Positions 60,690-64,000 of a stretch of DNA of 64,000 nucleotides are shown piece after piece. Each line of letters opens with the position of its first letter. Positions within the stretch are counted from its first letter, which is position 1. The stretch comes from Lobosporangium transversale (lineage: Eukaryota), in assembly GCF_002105155.1 (NCBI RefSeq), contig NW_019028995.1, positions 496,001 to 560,000 on the forward strand. Direction: 5' to 3'. A program made the position numbers and the translations under genes. The notes under the pieces are model-generated. The model did not search any database. It worked only from the letters and a program-made list of their open reading frames with translations, and was not told the origin of the DNA.

Positions 60690-61860
60690 TACAGACACAA
60701 CGGTGAAAAAAATGAATGTGAGCAAACAGTTGCTGTGTTTATTTGTTGTCTGCACATGCCTTCTTTCATCGCGGGCTTTGTTCCGAAAATATTTGGCAAA
60801 TCTTTTTCCTTTTTTGTTCGTCAACCACTGTGTGCACGAATAACTTTTGTTTCTGTACATGCATAAAGCAGAAGAAATGAACAAACTTTATTTTGGCGAT
60901 CACTCCATAATCAAAAATACTCCTAGGAGAGGATCAAACGCGTCGGTATTAATCTCGCTTCTGCTCTCCCTCCTTCCACAAGGCGCTGCACAATATCACC
61001 ATTAACAGGGCGTCGTCTAGTAAGGAAAGGTACTTAGATAGTTCTTACTACAAGCAATAAGCGCATGCAACTACATCACCCCTATCTCCACCATTGATGC
61101 CGGAACCTGAGAGCCAACGAATATCTCTGCTTTAACGCAATAGTACTGGAGCTGTTGGGGCAAAGAGCGACATCTAAACCCATTCTATGATAAAAAGACT
61201 TTTTTTTTCTTTAGTTGTTACCTTTGACAAGGATGTAATCACCTGTTTCAAAACCAGTTCCTACACACCGAGTCAAATCTGTCAACGTATTTACTACCCT
61301 TGTTTAACACTATAATATTTTTTTTATTCATTAAATTCCTCACAAAGCAAAGGCCAATGCAAAAAGAAACTGAAAAAAAATTGTATAACAAAGGATCGAC
61401 ATCAACAGTGTATGCTGTATATAGAGATGATTTTTTCGGTATCTCAATGCTATTGTTTCCAATCTGCCGTTCATGCGAGAGCTTGTATTTATTTGTCGAT
61501 CTCTGCTATTGACTTGGACAAAACCCCAAGCCAAACAAAGGAACTGAATAAAGATTGATATGGCCTGTGAAGCAAAGGATCGATATCAAACCTACATGAG
61601 ACAATGATAAAATTCATCATCAATCTAGGATATAAAAAGGAATCATTGTCTTCCTCCTTTCCCGCTCGCTCACTCCAAAGTCCCACTGCCACTTGTTCCT
61701 GTATCTTTTCCTCAATATTCTTTATCTATTCATTTTGGATCTTTAAACCATAAAAAAGCTCATCCTTTTATACCTTTGTCGCTCTTTTCTTTTTCTTTTT
61801 CATTTCTTTTCATCGCCACCATTTTTCCTTTTTTCTTTCTCCTTCGCTTAGATATTGACC

Positions 61861-64000
61861 ATGGGGCTGAAGTCCTTCTTCAAACTGGTTGCGGCTCGCG
61901 GGGTTTTACCTTCGGAAACTGACGTGGGCACTTTCTTGGCGGCAAATCCTGACCATTCTGTTCATTTAGATCTCCTCGGTACGTTCTATTACGACATCCT
62001 CCGCAGAGTCGTCCATGCAAAGATGAAAAACGAAACCATCATTGATGTAGGAAGGTCCCTGGCACTCGAGATAAAGGATCTTTTCACAACGGACAACCTG
62101 ACTATACATGTTGATGGGGAACCTTGTACTGAGAAAGAAAAAGCAAGGACAGAACGGCAAGCCATAAGACAAAAAAATATGGACGCTTTGGAGAACAATA
62201 TGAGCACCTTCGAGAGAAATTCTCGGAGTGGGGTATGGACTCGTCCTCAAGTCATGAGGCGCATCCAGAAGGGTCTTCGAGAAGTCCACACCCTGAGCGT
62301 CCAGGACAAGGATCAGCTGGCAACAGGCCTTAGTTCTGTCTTCGATGTCTGTCTGTGTGCATATGAAGCGGACCCATGCATAGGGTGCCATGATGAGGAG
62401 AATGATAGGATCGTGATATCCCAAGACTCTGATTTTTTTGCGTACGAACGAGTCTGCTTCCTAGTGCGACCCCTTCCACACCGTAGACGGAAGTTTGGGG
62501 TTTACGACGTAGACAACGTTATCCAAGCACTAAGACTGCCAACACACGCGCATCTGGTGTTATTCTGTGCCATCGCAGGCAATGACTACTCAAGGAACCT
62601 CGAGACGTTAGGCCCGGTTAATAATCTTCGATTAGTTCGAAAGGTTGCGTGGAACAAGACCTACAATAAAATACTTCAAGATTACCTCGGGGAAGCTAAT
62701 AAGGTGTTGGGAAGGAACGTAGCCTCTGAGGAAGGCCGTTTCAGTGTAGCTCTCCGCATTTTTACTTCCGGCCATCAAACGTCGGCCCAAGCGTTACCAT
62801 CGAACAATGAGTTCGATAACTTCAAGCAGCGTCTACTCAATGGAAAGGATCTTCGCCATAGAATGGCTCAGCAAAGGCGAGCGCAGCGCCGCAGAACGTA
62901 AGAAAGCTCAAGCTATAGTTTTGGCCTTGAAACCATACGTCCCCAATACTAATCGTTAGTCCCTTTCTTGGATAATGTAGAGACACACCATCATTCTATA
63001 TAGCGAAAGGGTCACATAGGAACCAGTTCCGGCCCATCTTTTCTGACAAGGCGAGCATATTGAATGGGCGCACAGTTGATATCAGTAACTGCCGTCAGCA
63101 CGATAGGCCGGGCCTTAAGCATCCACCACGTCGGAAAAAGGCAAAAAAGAAGCAACAGAAAAAACAAAAGCGGAAGCATAAAGGCAAGAAGCCTCACAGG
63201 GCTAAAAAAGAAGGTGCACCAATTAGGAACTTGAAGGATGCTACGAAGGATGATCACAGCTACAGCAGTAAGTACCCTATCAAGGCCTTAACAATTGGGT
63301 CCCTTAAGGCCTCCATGGCAAGGAAAGGCGAACTGGACGCAGATGAAAGGGATAGTATTGTAAGCCAGACCCGAGGGGCAGTTGTTGTCCTCAACCGACT
63401 ACGCCGCTATGCATACTGGGCGATTGCCTTGGACATTGAGAGGATTATGCGGTTACCAGGGGCAGCAAGGTCGAGGAAAAAGGCACTGGACGAGGCCTTG
63501 GATAGCAATGACTACTCCTTCCGTCTCGCCACCCTTCTTTTAAGTGGTCAAGGTGGCCCCAATTCAGCTTACGCGAGGACAAAAAAACAAGGAAAGGCGT
63601 AGAAACGCCCCATTACCTCCTCGCTTATGAACATTTCAAGGCCATCACTGAACTTTCCCCAATAAAGGAAATAGACATCACATTGGGGGACGTGCAAGGC
63701 TTTGATCCCAAAAAGATCTCATTTCCAAGAGCGTCAGAGCTACTAATGGGCCAAGTACAGATATCATTAAGGCAGCACTACAGGAACGCAATGGTATAGC
63801 TTGTGTAGGGTATTTTCATGTATATTCTGCAATCAAATGCTCTTTATTCAGACTCTTTTTTTTTTTTTTTTTTTTTTTTCTAGTTTAATGTCGAGAAAAC
63901 AAACGAAGATATGAGCGACATTGAGTTTTTTTTGCGGGAGAACAAAAAAGTGAAAAAATACTCAGACTTTCCTACGTCCTCCTGGTCACCCAGGTATGTG
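61861..64000 (+). CDS. Second PIN-Fanzor family copy, 5' part (exons 61861-62897, 62981-63793, 63884->end); frameshift near 63590; runs off the window
   Basis: MGLKSF, HLDLLG, HVDG, EAD, SQDSD, GNDY. Exons 2 and 3 are homologous to the 16474 copy (FYI..N(Q/R)(F/Y)RP, LR(Q/S)HYRNA|F, KKY(S/L)DFPTS), with the same intron positions and phases. Confidence 0.85.

Overview
Intron-rich eukaryotic DNA from an early-diverging fungus. The gene set, short GT-AG introns with long poly-A/T tracts and protein style suggest Mortierellaceae; this is an inference. Host genes: the 3' end of a HOG1-type MAPK, a p24 cargo receptor, an alpha/beta-hydrolase::dual-specificity phosphatase fusion, an 11x zinc-knuckle protein, a secreted orphan, an acetyl-CoA transporter, calcineurin B, an ABCC transporter, a Bud14/Tea4-like SH3 protein, a PPR protein, an RA-PH protein, a MAT2B/RmlD-like protein and carboxypeptidase Q. 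The standout is a multicopy mobile family encoding a spliced ~1219-aa protein with an N-terminal XPG/FEN1-type (PIN-fold) 5' nuclease joined to a Fanzor (eukaryotic TnpB) RuvC/zinc-finger nuclease. One near-intact copy lies at 16474-20410 and a second divergent copy starts at 61861. Decayed copies lie at ~740-1700 and ~15016-16075. Two divergent copies share a near-identical structured non-coding 3' block (candidate omegaRNA) that may contain a spliceosomal intron and ends in a Tc1/mariner-like terminus. The window also holds a TA-flanked DD~87E IS630/Tc1/mariner element, a second TIR element carrying a PARP-type zinc-finger ORF, and a MULE/SWIM remnant.
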